From an uncultured virus (IMG/VR IMGVR_UViG_3300034013_000904) (lineage: Duplodnaviria > Heunggongvirae > Uroviricota > Caudoviricetes), in IMG/VR virus record IMGVR_UViG_3300034013_000904: 64,000 nt of DNA; one strand, written 5' to 3'. The first letter of the stretch is position 1. Each line of letters starts with the position of its first letter. The notes below the pieces were generated by a model, which worked only from the letters and a program-made list of their open reading frames with translations, was not told the origin of the DNA and did no database searches. Positions 48,909 to 58,041 of this stretch are shown here, piece after piece. The position numbers and the translations under genes are program-made.

Positions 48909-48998
48909 CAAGAAAGCGGCTGGGTTTACGGGTTCATCACCCCACCAGCCGCTTTCTTGGTGTCAAACTGGGTTTACGGGTTCGTCACCCCACCAGTT
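48909..48998. repeat. Two tandem copies of a 29-nt hairpin motif
   Basis: CTGGGTTTACGGGTTC(A/G)TCACCCCACCAG at 48920-48948 and 48968-48996, each closed by a different outer stem. Confidence 0.9.
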
Positions 48999-49012
48999 CC
49001 ATATTCCTCTGC

Positions 49013-49495
49013 TTACTCCCCCGCCAGCTCACGCTCCACATCCACCCCAAACTCCTGGTCAACCGCCCCCATCAGCTGGTTGATGCCCTGCTGCTTAGCA
49101 GCCTCTTGAGCCGCACGCTCAGCAGCACGCTTCTCCCGCTTGCGAGCAGCGTCCCGGGCCCGCTTGGCAGCCAGCTTGCTCATGCTGTTGGTCTGCATCT
49201 CGGCCCAATCCTTGGCAGCCTTCTGAGCAGCAGCTTCCCGCTCAGCAGCCAAGATGGCCTCAATCTTCTTCTTGAGATTCTTGGCCGGCACCACAGCGTC
49301 CACGCCCTGGCTGCGCATCCAAGCCACAGCATCAGCCTTGGTCATGGGCTGCGGGAGGGTCTTGAACTGCACCTCAGTGTGCCCTTCGCGTGCCAGCACA
49401 GTCTCACGGTGCTTGATGCTGCCGTTGCTAACGCGGAAGGTCAGCACGCCCTGGAAGCGGCTAATACCAATGATGTTGAACTGCTTGGTGTTCAT
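49013..49495 (-). CDS. Hypothetical protein with Ala/Lys/Arg-rich helical tail
   Basis: Start at ATG 49495 after GAGGA; promoter at 49531-49558. Confidence 0.75.
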   Translation of the reverse strand: MNTKQFNIIGISRFQGVLTFRVSNGSIKHRETVLAREGHTEVQFKTLPQPMTKADAVAWMRSQGVDAVVPAKNLKKKIEAILAAEREAAAQKAAKDWAEMQTNSMSKLAAKRARDAARKREKRAAERAAQEAAKQQGINQLMGAVDQEFGVDVERELAGE

Positions 49496-49547
49496 CGTGT
49501 AGCATCCTCTGTTTCGTTGCCTACAACCGCATAATAGCATCACCATC

Positions 49548-50183
49548 TCAGCTGTCTACCGGTTTTTCCAGCGAAATGCCTTTTTCTCCCACTATTTTTT
49601 TGTCGCAGAGTTGCTGGGAAACCAAGGACAATGCCTGGGGATAGATTAGGTGTTCTTGCACCAATACCCTAAGACTCAAATCAGATTCTGTATCTCCAGG
49701 CTCTACAGGAACCTTGGCTTGTAGGATAATAGGACCAGCATCCAACACTTTTGTAACATAGTGTACCGTGCAACCGTGTTCTTGATCCCCTGCTGCCAAA
49801 GCCCTTTGGTGAGTGTGTAATCCAGGATATTTGGGCAACAAGCTGGGATGAATATTGATAATTCGTTGACTCCATTGTGCAACAAACCACGGAGTCAAAA
49901 CCCGCATGTAGCCAGCCAGCGCAACTAGCTCAATCTTTTGTTCCACCAAAAGTTGGTGAATAGCCCCCTCTTGACCTTCCCTATCTTTTTTGTACGCACT
50001 GTTGGGAAAGATTGCCCATTGCACGCCATGATCTTGTGCTAGTTTCAATCCGCCCGCATCCTCATTGTTACTAACCACCAATTGAATTTGAAAGGGGCAA
50101 TGGGAATCATTTTGTGCCTTGAGAAGGCTCAAGAGATTGCTGCCTCGTCCACTGATAAAAACTGCGGTTGTTACCTTAGGCAT
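49548..50183 (-). CDS. purN: Phosphoribosylglycinamide formyltransferase
   Basis: [46 protein letters not shown]. Confidence 0.97.
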   Translation of the reverse strand: MPKVTTAVFISGRGSNLLSLLKAQNDSHCPFQIQLVVSNNEDAGGLKLAQDHGVQWAIFPNSAYKKDREGQEGAIHQLLVEQKIELVALAGYMRVLTPWFVAQWSQRIINIHPSLLPKYPGLHTHQRALAAGDQEHGCTVHYVTKVLDAGPIILQAKVPVEPGDTESDLSLRVLVQEHLIYPQALSLVSQQLCDKKIVGEKGISLEKPVDS

Positions 50184-51117
50184 TGGTCAGCACCTGTTGG
50201 AAATAGGCTATAGTTTTTTGTAGTCCTTGCTCAAGAGGGATTTTTGGCTCCCAACCCAGTATGCTTGTTGCTCTAGTAATATCAGCTTGACGCTGTTGTG
50301 GATCATCTACAGGCAACGGTAAATTTAAAATCCGGCTAGTGGACCCTGTGAGGCGTTGGATTTGCTCTGCAAGGCTCCTGACTGTTACCTCATGAGGATT
50401 GCCTAAATTCACAGGTTGTGAGCCAGAAGATGTGGACTCCATCAATGTCAAAATGCCATCAATTAGGTCATCAACATAACAGAAGCTACGTGTTTGGGTG
50501 CCTTCACCATACACACTCAAAGGCAGCCCTTGTAACGCCTGCACAATAAAATTACTAACTACTCTCCCATCATCAACACTCATGCGCGGTCCGTAGGTGT
50601 TGAAGATCCTAGCCACCCGAACGTCAACATTGTGTTGCCGGTTATAGTCCATAAAAAGTGTTTCAGCAGCACGTTTGCCTTCATCGTAACAGGCACGCGG
50701 GCCCAGAGGATTTACATTGCCCCAGTAGGATTCTGGTTGCGGATGAACAAAAGGATCGCCATAAATTTCGCTAGTGCTGGCTTGAAAGATCTTTGCTTTT
50801 GTGCGTTTGGCCAAGCCTAATAGATTATAAGATCCCATAAAACTGGTTTTCATGGTTTGAATAGGATCTTTTTGATAACTTTTGGGACTTGCAGGACAGG
50901 CAAGATTATAGATTTCATCTACCTCCACATATAAGGGCACACAGACGTCATGACGTATGACCTCAAAATTGGAACTGCTTAACAAATGCTGTATGTTGGA
51001 TTTTGATCCAGTAAAATAGTTGTCCACACACAGCACATGGTGTCCTCGGGCCACAAGTCTTTCACACAAGTGGCTGCCCAAAAACCCAGCCCCACCAGTT
51101 ACAAGTATTTTCTTCAT
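50176..51117 (-). CDS. uxs: UDP-glucuronate decarboxylase (UDP-xylose synthase)
   Basis: [54 protein letters not shown]. Confidence 0.93.
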   Translation of the reverse strand: MKKILVTGGAGFLGSHLCERLVARGHHVLCVDNYFTGSKSNIQHLLSSSNFEVIRHDVCVPLYVEVDEIYNLACPASPKSYQKDPIQTMKTSFMGSYNLLGLAKRTKAKIFQASTSEIYGDPFVHPQPESYWGNVNPLGPRACYDEGKRAAETLFMDYNRQHNVDVRVARIFNTYGPRMSVDDGRVVSNFIVQALQGLPLSVYGEGTQTRSFCYVDDLIDGILTLMESTSSGSQPVNLGNPHEVTVRSLAEQIQRLTGSTSRILNLPLPVDDPQQRQADITRATSILGWEPKIPLEQGLQKTIAYFQQVLTNA

Positions 51118-51169
51118 TCATGTTTCTCCTGCCTTGAGTATAGCAGGAGTCTTGATCAAGACCTAAAAA

Positions 51170-51601
51170 TTATGAGTCTATGCGACAATATACTGGCCGC
51201 ACATCAGCCCCTGCTGGAATGGTATAGAGTTGACTTAGGATGTGGATCATCCCCAACACCCTCCGTTGATCGTTCCTACAGTGCACGTTCTCGCGGCATC
51301 GTTGGGGATTGTTCTCAAAAAAGATCCATTCTATGGGCCGGTTATACCAACCCGTCAGCAAAGTCTCTGCACGTACCCTGGTGCTCTCTCTACAGAAGTG
51401 AGGATCGGCGATAATGAGATGGTCAAGATGGAATACAGCATGCACTCCTGGCAACTGCCCCAGCTCGGTTATGTCATCTACCGCCCATGCTCTGAGCGGT
51501 GGGTATTGGTCGCTAATCTTGTCCATGAGATGGGTTTTGCCACTGCCGGGCAGGCCAGCGATACAGGTAATCAGCACTTCCAAACTTCCTGGCACAACCA
51601 C
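51170..51601 (-). CDS. Small P-loop NTPase/kinase-like protein
   Basis: GLPGSGKT Walker A; true start probably GTG 51577. Confidence 0.7.
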   Translation of the reverse strand: MVVPGSLEVLITCIAGLPGSGKTHLMDKISDQYPPLRAWAVDDITELGQLPGVHAVFHLDHLIIADPHFCRESTRVRAETLLTGWYNRPIEWIFFENNPQRCRENVHCRNDQRRVLGMIHILSQLYTIPAGADVRPVYCRIDS

Positions 51602-51969
51602 TTGTAGAGGTCCTTGAAGGATACAACCTTCTTGCCACGTGTGGTGTGGTTGCCATAATACTCGTAGTCAGTGTAGCTGTCTCGATAAGGAACCTCTGCA
51701 AGTAGCCGGCGATACTGCCGAGCAGTGAGATCTGGGCACACCTCATCCAAGAATTGATCCAGCAGTTCAAGAGAGGGCTCAGGCTCACTGCTCACACTGT
51801 GCTCAGCACTGTCCCCCCAACAGTTGCCCCCTGTCATCCCACCTGTGATCCATGTGACCTCGTAGTAGAGATCGGTTCCATGTGGCCACCAAATGTGGTC
51901 TTCGCCGCGCCAATTGCTTGCGCTGCTGAACACCAGCCGAATGTAACCGTCAAACTCGTTTCGAGTCAT
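51571..51969 (-). CDS. Hypothetical protein
   Basis: WITGGMTGGNCWG..EPEP..DYEYYGN; GAGGA SD. Confidence 0.7.
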   Translation of the reverse strand: MTRNEFDGYIRLVFSSASNWRGEDHIWWPHGTDLYYEVTWITGGMTGGNCWGDSAEHSVSSEPEPSLELLDQFLDEVCPDLTARQYRRLLAEVPYRDSYTDYEYYGNHTTRGKKVVSFKDLYKWLCQEVWKC

Positions 51970-52245
51970 GTATGTTTCCTCGCTATCGCAATGCAGGGTT
52001 AAGGCGCATGTTTTCCAAACTAGGCTACGCAGATGAACTCACCAACTCCTAGGCTCACAGTGCTGTAGATCGACACTGATTGGCCTGGATACATCTGGCC
52101 ATAGCTGTGTCGCATGATCTCTACCTGACGACGTACTTCTCTCTGAGCACCCCAATGAGTTCGAGCCATCACTGAGAACTCACTAGTGCCCAACTCTCTC
52201 TGACGATCATCTCTAAAGCTGAGTTTGACCAGCCATAGACGCTTT

Positions 52246-52677
52246 TCAAACACCTTTGCTAACCTTCTCAAAAACGTAGGGCTTGTTCCAACGACCAATG
52301 CCCATTGAAACGTGCCATCCACGGTCAAAATAATCGGTCTGGACATCGCTCCGGTTCCAGTTGCCTTCGTTCATAGCGTTCAGCAACTCCTGGAGGCACT
52401 TTTCTGCACGTCCGGAAAAGTGGCTCCCAATGTGATGCACATTCACATCAATGTGGTCCGGAACCTCTGTGGGCTGATGTGCAGTGGGGCGGCGCGCATG
52501 TTCGGCAGTCCACTTGTCATACCAATTCTGGCAGAAATCAATGCTGCCGGATTTGATGCTCAGCACCAAGGTGCTGTGATTGCGCACACTCAGCGTGCCC
52601 TTGATCTTATACTTGCTCAGCACACGCTTCACAGCAGGAGTGATCTCATTCTTGCGAGTTTGGTTCATGTAGGCCAT
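52246..52677 (-). CDS. Conserved phage hypothetical protein
   Basis: MAYMNQ..K..LSVRNHSTL..SDVQTDYFD.GW...IGRWNKPY; own promoter. Confidence 0.75.
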   Translation of the reverse strand: MAYMNQTRKNEITPAVKRVLSKYKIKGTLSVRNHSTLVLSIKSGSIDFCQNWYDKWTAEHARRPTAHQPTEVPDHIDVNVHHIGSHFSGRAEKCLQELLNAMNEGNWNRSDVQTDYFDRGWHVSMGIGRWNKPYVFEKVSKGV

Positions 52678-52719
52678 ATCACCGTGTCCCTGTTGTGCAA
52701 ACTCAATATAGCACCAGCT

Positions 52720-52971
52720 TCAAAGCCCTGCAAGCACTTTTTCAGCCTCATCGGGACGGAGACGCATGTTTTCCACACGGATCATCACCACAAACTTTTC
52801 ACAGACCGCGTCATAAGCCTGGGTGAGAGCCCCATGCGTCCACATGGGATGCTGGGAGTCAGTCCTCTTGATGATGACCCAACCATCCTCGTCCACTGTA
52901 ATGCGATACACGTAGTCCTCACGCTCTAGCGCATATGTGGTCTGGATCACTTTGAGCTTGCTGAGGTTCAT
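52720..52971 (-). CDS. Hypothetical protein
   Basis: GGGAG SD before ATG 52971. Confidence 0.55.
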   Translation of the reverse strand: MNLSKLKVIQTTYALEREDYVYRITVDEDGWVIIKRTDSQHPMWTHGALTQAYDAVCEKFVVMIRVENMRLRPDEAEKVLAGL

Positions 52972-52976
52972 CTCTA

Positions 52977-53228
52977 CTACTCCCTCTTCATTGAAGCGCC
53001 GCACAGCAAAAAATCCGCCACATCAGAGCCTGCACGCTCCGTACGCCGGGTCTCGTATCCCGTCCCTGCCAGCAGTTCGGCAGCAAGGGCGATACGGTCA
53101 GCGTCTGACATGGAGAGCAGTTCCTGTGCCATCCACTCGCCTCCACCGTTTGACCCAAACGACACATCTGTAAGGCTGTCATTAACCACCTTACGCCAGC
53201 CCATCAACGCTTTCACAGCCCTCATCAT
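52977..53228 (-). CDS. Hypothetical protein
   Basis: Promoter at 53256-53283 and AGGAG SD. Confidence 0.6.
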   Translation of the reverse strand: MMRAVKALMGWRKVVNDSLTDVSFGSNGGGEWMAQELLSMSDADRIALAAELLAGTGYETRRTERAGSDVADFLLCGASMKRE

Positions 53229-53279
53229 GTCTGCGGTCTCCTCTCTTGCAACCACACTATAGCAGGGTTTGAGCAGGGG

Positions 53280-53441
53280 TCAACCCAAAGAATCTACATC
53301 CAGCCAACTTTCCTCACTGCCCCGAGAGCCCACAGTGAGACAGGTGCCATCATCAAAGCGAATCTCGAGATACTCATCACCATAGCGAGTGATGCTCTCC
53401 ACAGTGCGACCCACAAACTTCCTAAGCTCTTCGTCCCACAT
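53280..53441 (-). CDS. 53-aa protein, paralog of 55036-55191; absent from the ORF track
   Basis: MWDEELRKFVGRTVESITRYGDEYLEIRFDDGTCLTVGSRGSEESWLDVDSLG; GGAG SD. Confidence 0.7.
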   Translation of the reverse strand: MWDEELRKFVGRTVESITRYGDEYLEIRFDDGTCLTVGSRGSEESWLDVDSLG

Positions 53442-53453
53442 TTGCTGTCTCCA

Positions 53454-53696
53454 TCAACTCTTGGGAGTTTCGACAGGAATGCACATCGTCAGCTTGAAGT
53501 CCACACCAGTCTCGCCTGACCTTGCACTCCCTCTCTCATTTTGGAGACGCTTGTTGATCCCGGTGATTTGTGCCAGGGCGGTCAAACACGCCTCTTGGGT
53601 CGCAAACCCATTTATCTGGGTAGATTCCAAGGAACTGCTGGATGCTCGAGATTCGGCCCACAGCAGCATGGTCCAAAGTGTGATGGTGGCTATCAT
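53454..53696 (-). CDS. Hypothetical protein with hydrophobic N-terminus
   Basis: 80-aa ORF in the operon. Confidence 0.55.
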   Translation of the reverse strand: MIATITLWTMLLWAESRASSSSLESTQINGFATQEACLTALAQITGINKRLQNERGSARSGETGVDFKLTMCIPVETPKS

Positions 53697-53706
53697 TTTT
53701 GTGTTC

Positions 53707-53988
53707 CTAGGCCAGCATCACATAGTGCCCGGCAGCATAGGTGACTGAGTCAGGCTTGTCCTCATCATCCATGTGCTGGTCATACTCGTCCTCCTGGATC
53801 AATCGGAGGTCCGGGGTACCATCGTCAAAGTCCGTGGTGCAGTCCCAGTTGCCGTTGTAGAGCTGAGTATCAAACAGCAGAGCAATCTCGGCACGCTTGT
53901 GGCTGTAGTCATAGCCTGCTTCCTTCAGGCTCTGGATCACCTCGTCAGCTTCCTGGAGGCATTCGGAAACAGAAGTTTGCGTGTTCAT
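53707..53988 (-). CDS. Hypothetical acidic protein
   Basis: GAGG SD; operon context. Confidence 0.6.
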   Translation of the reverse strand: MNTQTSVSECLQEADEVIQSLKEAGYDYSHKRAEIALLFDTQLYNGNWDCTTDFDDGTPDLRLIQEDEYDQHMDDEDKPDSVTYAAGHYVMLA

Positions 53989-54032
53989 TTTTGGTACCTC
54001 AGTTCTGCTTGTTGCTGTGGTGGGTGTGGCTG

Positions 54033-54263
54033 TTACGCCACAGCCTCCTCGCCAAAGTCGTCATAAATGCAATCGTAGATGCGTTCCATGATCTCTTCAG
54101 AGGCATCGTCCCGATGCAGGAAGTGCTCAGCAGCAATCTCGTCATACATGTTCTGCAGGTAGTTATGCTCCTCGTTGGTGCAGCCTTCACCATATGCCAC
54201 CGCATCATAGATGTCGATCTCGTCCGAGAGGATCTTCCGAGCCAGTTCAGTGCTGATACCCAT
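54033..54263 (-). CDS. Hypothetical acidic protein
   Basis: Promoter at 54315-54342; start at ATG 54263. Confidence 0.6.
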   Translation of the reverse strand: MGISTELARKILSDEIDIYDAVAYGEGCTNEEHNYLQNMYDEIAAEHFLHRDDASEEIMERIYDCIYDDFGEEAVA

Positions 54264-54357
54264 TGTAACCTTCTTTCCTGTTGTGCAACCAGCCCCTGCT
54301 GCTTGCGTGCTCACATATTAGCAAAGTTTTGGTTTCAGTCAACCAGTTTTTTCTGGA

Positions 54358-54675
54358 TTATGCCACACTCCACGGCATTTTATCTTCTCGCAAGATATAT
54401 TCGCTGCCATCATAGTCATGCACCACAAACCGTGTGCCCTCAGGGATCCATGAGACTGCGAGCTGATCCAACCCGCCAATCCCGAATTCCTCACCGTAAG
54501 CTAGAGCGAGATAGGTTATAATTTCTCTCAATTGGCTTTTGGGTTTTCCCGCCATCACCCAATCTACTACTGCGGGATCAGTTAGGCAGGAGGGAAAGCT
54601 GGGGTCATACCAACATGATCCAAAACCTGGGCTGTAGAGCACAGCCACATGACCATCTGTCACCAGTTTACTCAC
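54358..54675 (-). CDS. Conserved phage hypothetical protein
   Basis: VAVLYSPGFG..W and WIPEGTRF...DYDGSE. Confidence 0.7.
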   Translation of the reverse strand: MSKLVTDGHVAVLYSPGFGSCWYDPSFPSCLTDPAVVDWVMAGKPKSQLREIITYLALAYGEEFGIGGLDQLAVSWIPEGTRFVVHDYDGSEYILREDKMPWSVA

Positions 54676-54676
54676 G

Positions 54677-54985
54677 TCAGCTGCTCCAGTAACTCTCACT
54701 ACCGACTGAACAGTGCCACGGTGTGTCAGCACGCTCGAGCACGGTGGCTCCCGTCATAAGATTAGTGACCTCCCGCATGGGCACCTGTGCCTTGTATGTT
54801 GCCTCGTCCATAACCTCATAGTCGGAGCGAGGATACTTTTTGCCTGCGAGATAGGCGTCCATATCAATTTTGGTCAAGCGGGTCTTCGCCGCTTTGGCAG
54901 CACGCTCAGTGCTGTAGGTTTCCTTCCGAGTGCGCGGATGCTTCACCAGGCAGCGAGTCTTGAGATCAATAACAACAAACTGCAT
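54677..54985 (-). CDS. Conserved phage hypothetical protein
   Basis: Y.TERAAKAAKTR, VTNLMTG..E..DTPW.CSV.SESYWS; promoter and AGGAG SD. Confidence 0.7.
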   Translation of the reverse strand: MQFVVIDLKTRCLVKHPRTRKETYSTERAAKAAKTRLTKIDMDAYLAGKKYPRSDYEVMDEATYKAQVPMREVTNLMTGATVLERADTPWHCSVGSESYWSS

Positions 54986-55035
54986 AGCACAACTCCTCTT
55001 TTGGTAGCGCATACTAGCTGAAGGCTACTGCTCTG

Positions 55036-55191
55036 TCAATCGGTGAAGTCAACACTCAACCACTGCGGCTCAGTGCCGTGCGCCATCACATCCAGCTCGC
55101 TTCCGTCCTCAAACGTGAGCCGGAAATAACCGTCTCCAAACATTTCGGCTTTGGCTACAGTGCGCCCAATCAGTTTGCTGAGGTCGTCCAT
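55036..55191 (-). CDS. 51-aa protein, paralog of 53280-53441
   Basis: MDDLSKLIGRTVAKAEMFGDGYFRLTFEDGSEL; promoter at 55218-55245 and AAGGAG SD. Confidence 0.7.
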   Translation of the reverse strand: MDDLSKLIGRTVAKAEMFGDGYFRLTFEDGSELDVMAHGTEPQWLSVDFTD

Positions 55192-55255
55192 CGCTCTAGC
55201 TCCTTGCTTGCCCCGCCATTGTAGCAGCCTAGAGAAGATTGTCAACCAGAAAAAT

Positions 55256-55570
55256 TCACTTGTCTTCCTCATGCTCTGGCACAACTGGATCAAACCACAC
55301 ATGGGGAAACATCTGCTCGAGACTTCTAACATCTAGGTCGCGGAGCTCACTCCCATCAATCCCCGGAGGGGGAGCACCGTGAGCCCGAGTTTCGAGCCAA
55401 GGTTCAGGGTCACGCTTTTTGCTAATTATCAATCCTGTTGCTCTATCAGCGAGATTACCATTGGCGTACTCTCGCTGATAGAGATGCGTGACCACAAACA
55501 AGCTGTCAGGCTTGCGCTTTTTTGAAGCCAGGATCATGCCCACACAAATCATCTTTGAAACTTCATTCAT
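55256..55570 (-). CDS. Hypothetical protein
   Basis: Coupled to the upstream ORF. Confidence 0.55.
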   Translation of the reverse strand: MNEVSKMICVGMILASKKRKPDSLFVVTHLYQREYANGNLADRATGLIISKKRDPEPWLETRAHGAPPPGIDGSELRDLDVRSLEQMFPHVWFDPVVPEHEEDK

Positions 55571-55817
55571 CGTCCAGCACCTCCACAGTGACTCGCACTC
55601 GCTTGTTCAGCAACTGAGCCATTTCGGTATGCTCGCGCTGATCATCCCAGCTCTGCAAGCGCACAAACAGCCCGGTCTCACTGGTGTTTGCAAACTCCAC
55701 AAGCTGTGCCTGTCCACCATCTTGCACCTCCACGGCTGTCTCATGCTCCTCAAGTCGACGACGCTTGCCTGAGGCATCACGCTCAGCAACTACGGACAGA
55801 GTCCATTCCCATTTCAT
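55563..55817 (-). CDS. Hypothetical protein
   Basis: GLFVRLQSWD..H..RVRVTVEV. Confidence 0.6.
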   Translation of the reverse strand: MKWEWTLSVVAERDASGKRRRLEEHETAVEVQDGGQAQLVEFANTSETGLFVRLQSWDDQREHTEMAQLLNKRVRVTVEVLDDE

Positions 55818-55818
55818 A

Positions 55819-56043
55819 CTAGCACCATGTAAGTTGAAACATCAAGGCTATAGCGGGGTCGCGAAACTTGAATTCCCAAGGGCCATAATGGTAACACCAG
55901 TCACCTCTGTAGACTCCAGCATGAGCGTTGCACCACCTTTTGGCCGCTTCGAAATCAGTGTAGGATCCTCGCCCCTTGCGAGTCCACTTGACTGCATGCC
56001 AAGTTTTCTGTGGTGTTTGAAACGCCTTGCGGTTGATGGTCAC
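55819..56043 (-). CDS. Small hypothetical protein (FxxxxDAxxFxLxW family)
   Basis: AKRWC..W..FKFRDPAIALMFQLTW. Confidence 0.65.
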   Translation of the reverse strand: MTINRKAFQTPQKTWHAVKWTRKGRGSYTDFEAAKRWCNAHAGVYRGDWCYHYGPWEFKFRDPAIALMFQLTWC

Positions 56044-56051
56044 TTTTCCCC

Positions 56052-56321
56052 CTAGTAGCCGTCAGCGTTGCGACGCTCGTCTCGCTCACCTTCTCGCCGA
56101 CTCTCGTCCCGAATAGTCAGCATGCGATCATACAGGCTTTCAGCAGAATAGGGATTTTCGCGTTCCCAACTGAAAGTTTTGGGCATGCTGTTGAGCTCAC
56201 GGCAGGCAGCTTCAGCCTCCTCCCGCTTGAGGTAGACCGTGTCCGGCATGCCAGTGTCAAAGCTGTAGGGATTATTGTGGATATAGACCACAACCCAAAG
56301 CTCACTGGTGTTGATTGACAT
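56052..56321 (-). CDS. Hypothetical protein
   Basis: TTGACA-N16-TATAAT promoter and GAGGA SD before ATG 56321. Confidence 0.65.
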   Translation of the reverse strand: MSINTSELWVVVYIHNNPYSFDTGMPDTVYLKREEAEAACRELNSMPKTFSWERENPYSAESLYDRMLTIRDESRREGERDERRNADGY

Positions 56322-56370
56322 GGTGCTGTCCTCGCTTGATGTGGGGATTATAGCAGACTCGAGCTGAATG

Positions 56371-56589
56371 TCAAGAGGTAAAATGTTCTGGGGCTTTGAC
56401 CAAATCACCGGGAGGTCGAAGGATTGTGGTCTCCTCCGTATCGCCATACCGGCGTCGTCGCTCATAGCTGACTCGCACCTGCTGTGCTGTGAATCCTACA
56501 ATCGTGCCAACAACCAGGCTCTTGTATCCGTGCGGGGTCAGAGCCACCTTATCGCCAACGTTCAAATCCTGACCAAATACGTCCTGCAC
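56371..56589 (-). CDS. Hypothetical small beta-barrel-like protein
   Basis: D.FGQDLNVGDKVA..GTIVGFT..QVRV; AAGGAG SD. Confidence 0.65.
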   Translation of the reverse strand: MQDVFGQDLNVGDKVALTPHGYKSLVVGTIVGFTAQQVRVSYERRRRYGDTEETTILRPPGDLVKAPEHFTS

Positions 56590-56610
56590 TATCCGGTACT
56601 CCTTGAGATA

Positions 56611-56838
56611 TCAAACTGACACTGGAGTTTCTGGTTCCACATCCAAAACACCCGGGAGGATGCGAGCTGCCTCGGCAATAGACTGATCTGCCCTGCCGGT
56701 GATCACGCCAATTGCATCCATTACCGTCAACTGCAAGAATCCTAGTTTCTTGAGCTCAACAACCACATTATGGGCCTGTTGAGTTCCATCGAGCGTGACA
56801 AGCCAAACTTGTAGATCTCTGTCCTGCTGGTGATTCAT
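56611..56838 (-). CDS. Hypothetical protein
   Basis: Promoter at 56862-56889 and GAGGA SD. Confidence 0.6.
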   Translation of the reverse strand: MNHQQDRDLQVWLVTLDGTQQAHNVVVELKKLGFLQLTVMDAIGVITGRADQSIAEAARILPGVLDVEPETPVSV

Positions 56839-56874
56839 GAGCTTTCCTCGTTTGTGTGACCACTATAGCAGGCT

Positions 56875-57231
56875 TTAGGACATTGTCAAGCTATTCCTGG
56901 CATCTCGAACCAAGGCAGCCAACTCTTCTGGCGTGAGCTTTTGGCGAGCCTGCTCCAGCAGCCTCTGCTCCTTGCTTTTGCGTGGTGTGGGATTCTGGGC
57001 GCGACGAGCAGCAGCCGCATCGAGCTTTTTGACTCGAGCCCTCCACTCTTCCTCACTCTCTAGCTCTTCCCAGGCAAGATACACTGAGGTTTCATCATAC
57101 CAGCTGTCAAGAACCAATACAGCACCATGTTGCAGCTCAGGTAGGTCCTCTAGACGGTAAGGTCCGCTGTATTGGTCAAGATCACGACGACGTTCAACAG
57201 TGCGCCGGTCTCTAGCATTGGGCTTGCTCAT
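56875..57231 (-). CDS. Hypothetical protein
   Basis: Start at ATG 57231 coupled to the upstream stop. Confidence 0.6.
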   Translation of the reverse strand: MSKPNARDRRTVERRRDLDQYSGPYRLEDLPELQHGAVLVLDSWYDETSVYLAWEELESEEEWRARVKKLDAAAARRAQNPTPRKSKEQRLLEQARQKLTPEELAALVRDARNSLTMS

Positions 57232-57464
57232 GGTGTGAGTTCCTTGCCTTTGAGAAGAGTGTGGATGTATTCGGCTGCCACACCAGGAATGGTGATGGTT
57301 TTGGGAAACGGACCAGGACCCTGTTGAAACACTGCGCTTTCTCGATCGGTCCACCCAATCAACACGCAGTTGGGAGGAGCGGCTGCCATCCACCAATCGT
57401 GATCCTTGCGGATCTCTGCAAGATCCTGATCATCAAGCTTGGGCTTGAGTGCAGCCCGGCTCAC
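57228..57464 (-). CDS. Hypothetical protein
   Basis: 4-nt overlaps with both neighbours. Confidence 0.55.
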   Translation of the reverse strand: MSRAALKPKLDDQDLAEIRKDHDWWMAAAPPNCVLIGWTDRESAVFQQGPGPFPKTITIPGVAAEYIHTLLKGKELTP

Positions 57465-57778
57465 TGCTTGTCCCCATATAGCTCGAGGATGGCCTGTGCC
57501 ACCAGCACAGCTTGCTCGCGCCCTATGAAGAAGCGAGCGTCAATCTTGCCCTCGCTATTGACATCTCGAATCTCCATACCATCAAGTCCGTCAGCATCGG
57601 GACCCACATAAAAGTGGTTACCGGTGTCCTCATCATAGACCTTGATCACACGCTCGATGGTAAAACGCTTGGTCATGGGACGGATCTCCTCATATGGGGG
57701 AAGTTGTGGAATGCTGCCTTGGCAGCCACGCTGTCTGCACCACATGCTGTCACAGTCTGGGCACTCGTTTGGCATCAC
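57461..57778 (-). CDS. Hypothetical protein
   Basis: Promoter at 57801-57828. Confidence 0.55.
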   Translation of the reverse strand: MMPNECPDCDSMWCRQRGCQGSIPQLPPYEEIRPMTKRFTIERVIKVYDEDTGNHFYVGPDADGLDGMEIRDVNSEGKIDARFFIGREQAVLVAQAILELYGDKQ

Positions 57779-57837
57779 CTAGCCTTTGCTCTACGCCTGG
57801 ATAATAGCACAAATCACAGAGGTGTCAACTGGAATTT

Positions 57838-58029
57838 TCAATAAAATTTCACCGGAATTTTGTTGCCGCATCCCGGGCAAGCCAGCTCTCTAATCTGCTC
57901 ACGGTCACCGCTGTAGTCTCCTACCCACCGTGTGGTGGTCTCGCTCTGGGTGTACTCCAAAATGCTGGCGCAGAACCGACAGGTCACACGCCGCATCTCC
58001 CGCTCGTCCTTGCCAATGATCCTTACCAT
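57838..58029 (-). CDS. Small Zn-ribbon protein
   Basis: CRFC..LEY..CPGC. Confidence 0.65.
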   Translation of the reverse strand: MVRIIGKDEREMRRVTCRFCASILEYTQSETTTRWVGDYSGDREQIRELACPGCGNKIPVKFY

Positions 58030-58041
58030 CTACTCTATCCT

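Noticed and set aside
48920..48996. 29-nt direct repeats as a mini CRISPR array
   Set aside because: Only two copies, a 19-nt gap that forms part of the flanking stems, and no cas genes nearby
46353..51117. Host chromosomal DNA or a prophage boundary at pyrB/purM/purN/uxs
   Set aside because: These genes are interleaved with phage ORFs and phage-type promoters, purM and purN are not adjacent as in bacterial operons, and no integrase or att site is visible
52020..52346. ORF 52020-52346 as annotated
   Set aside because: Overlaps 52246-52677 by about 100 nt; a shorter gene may exist but its start could not be fixed
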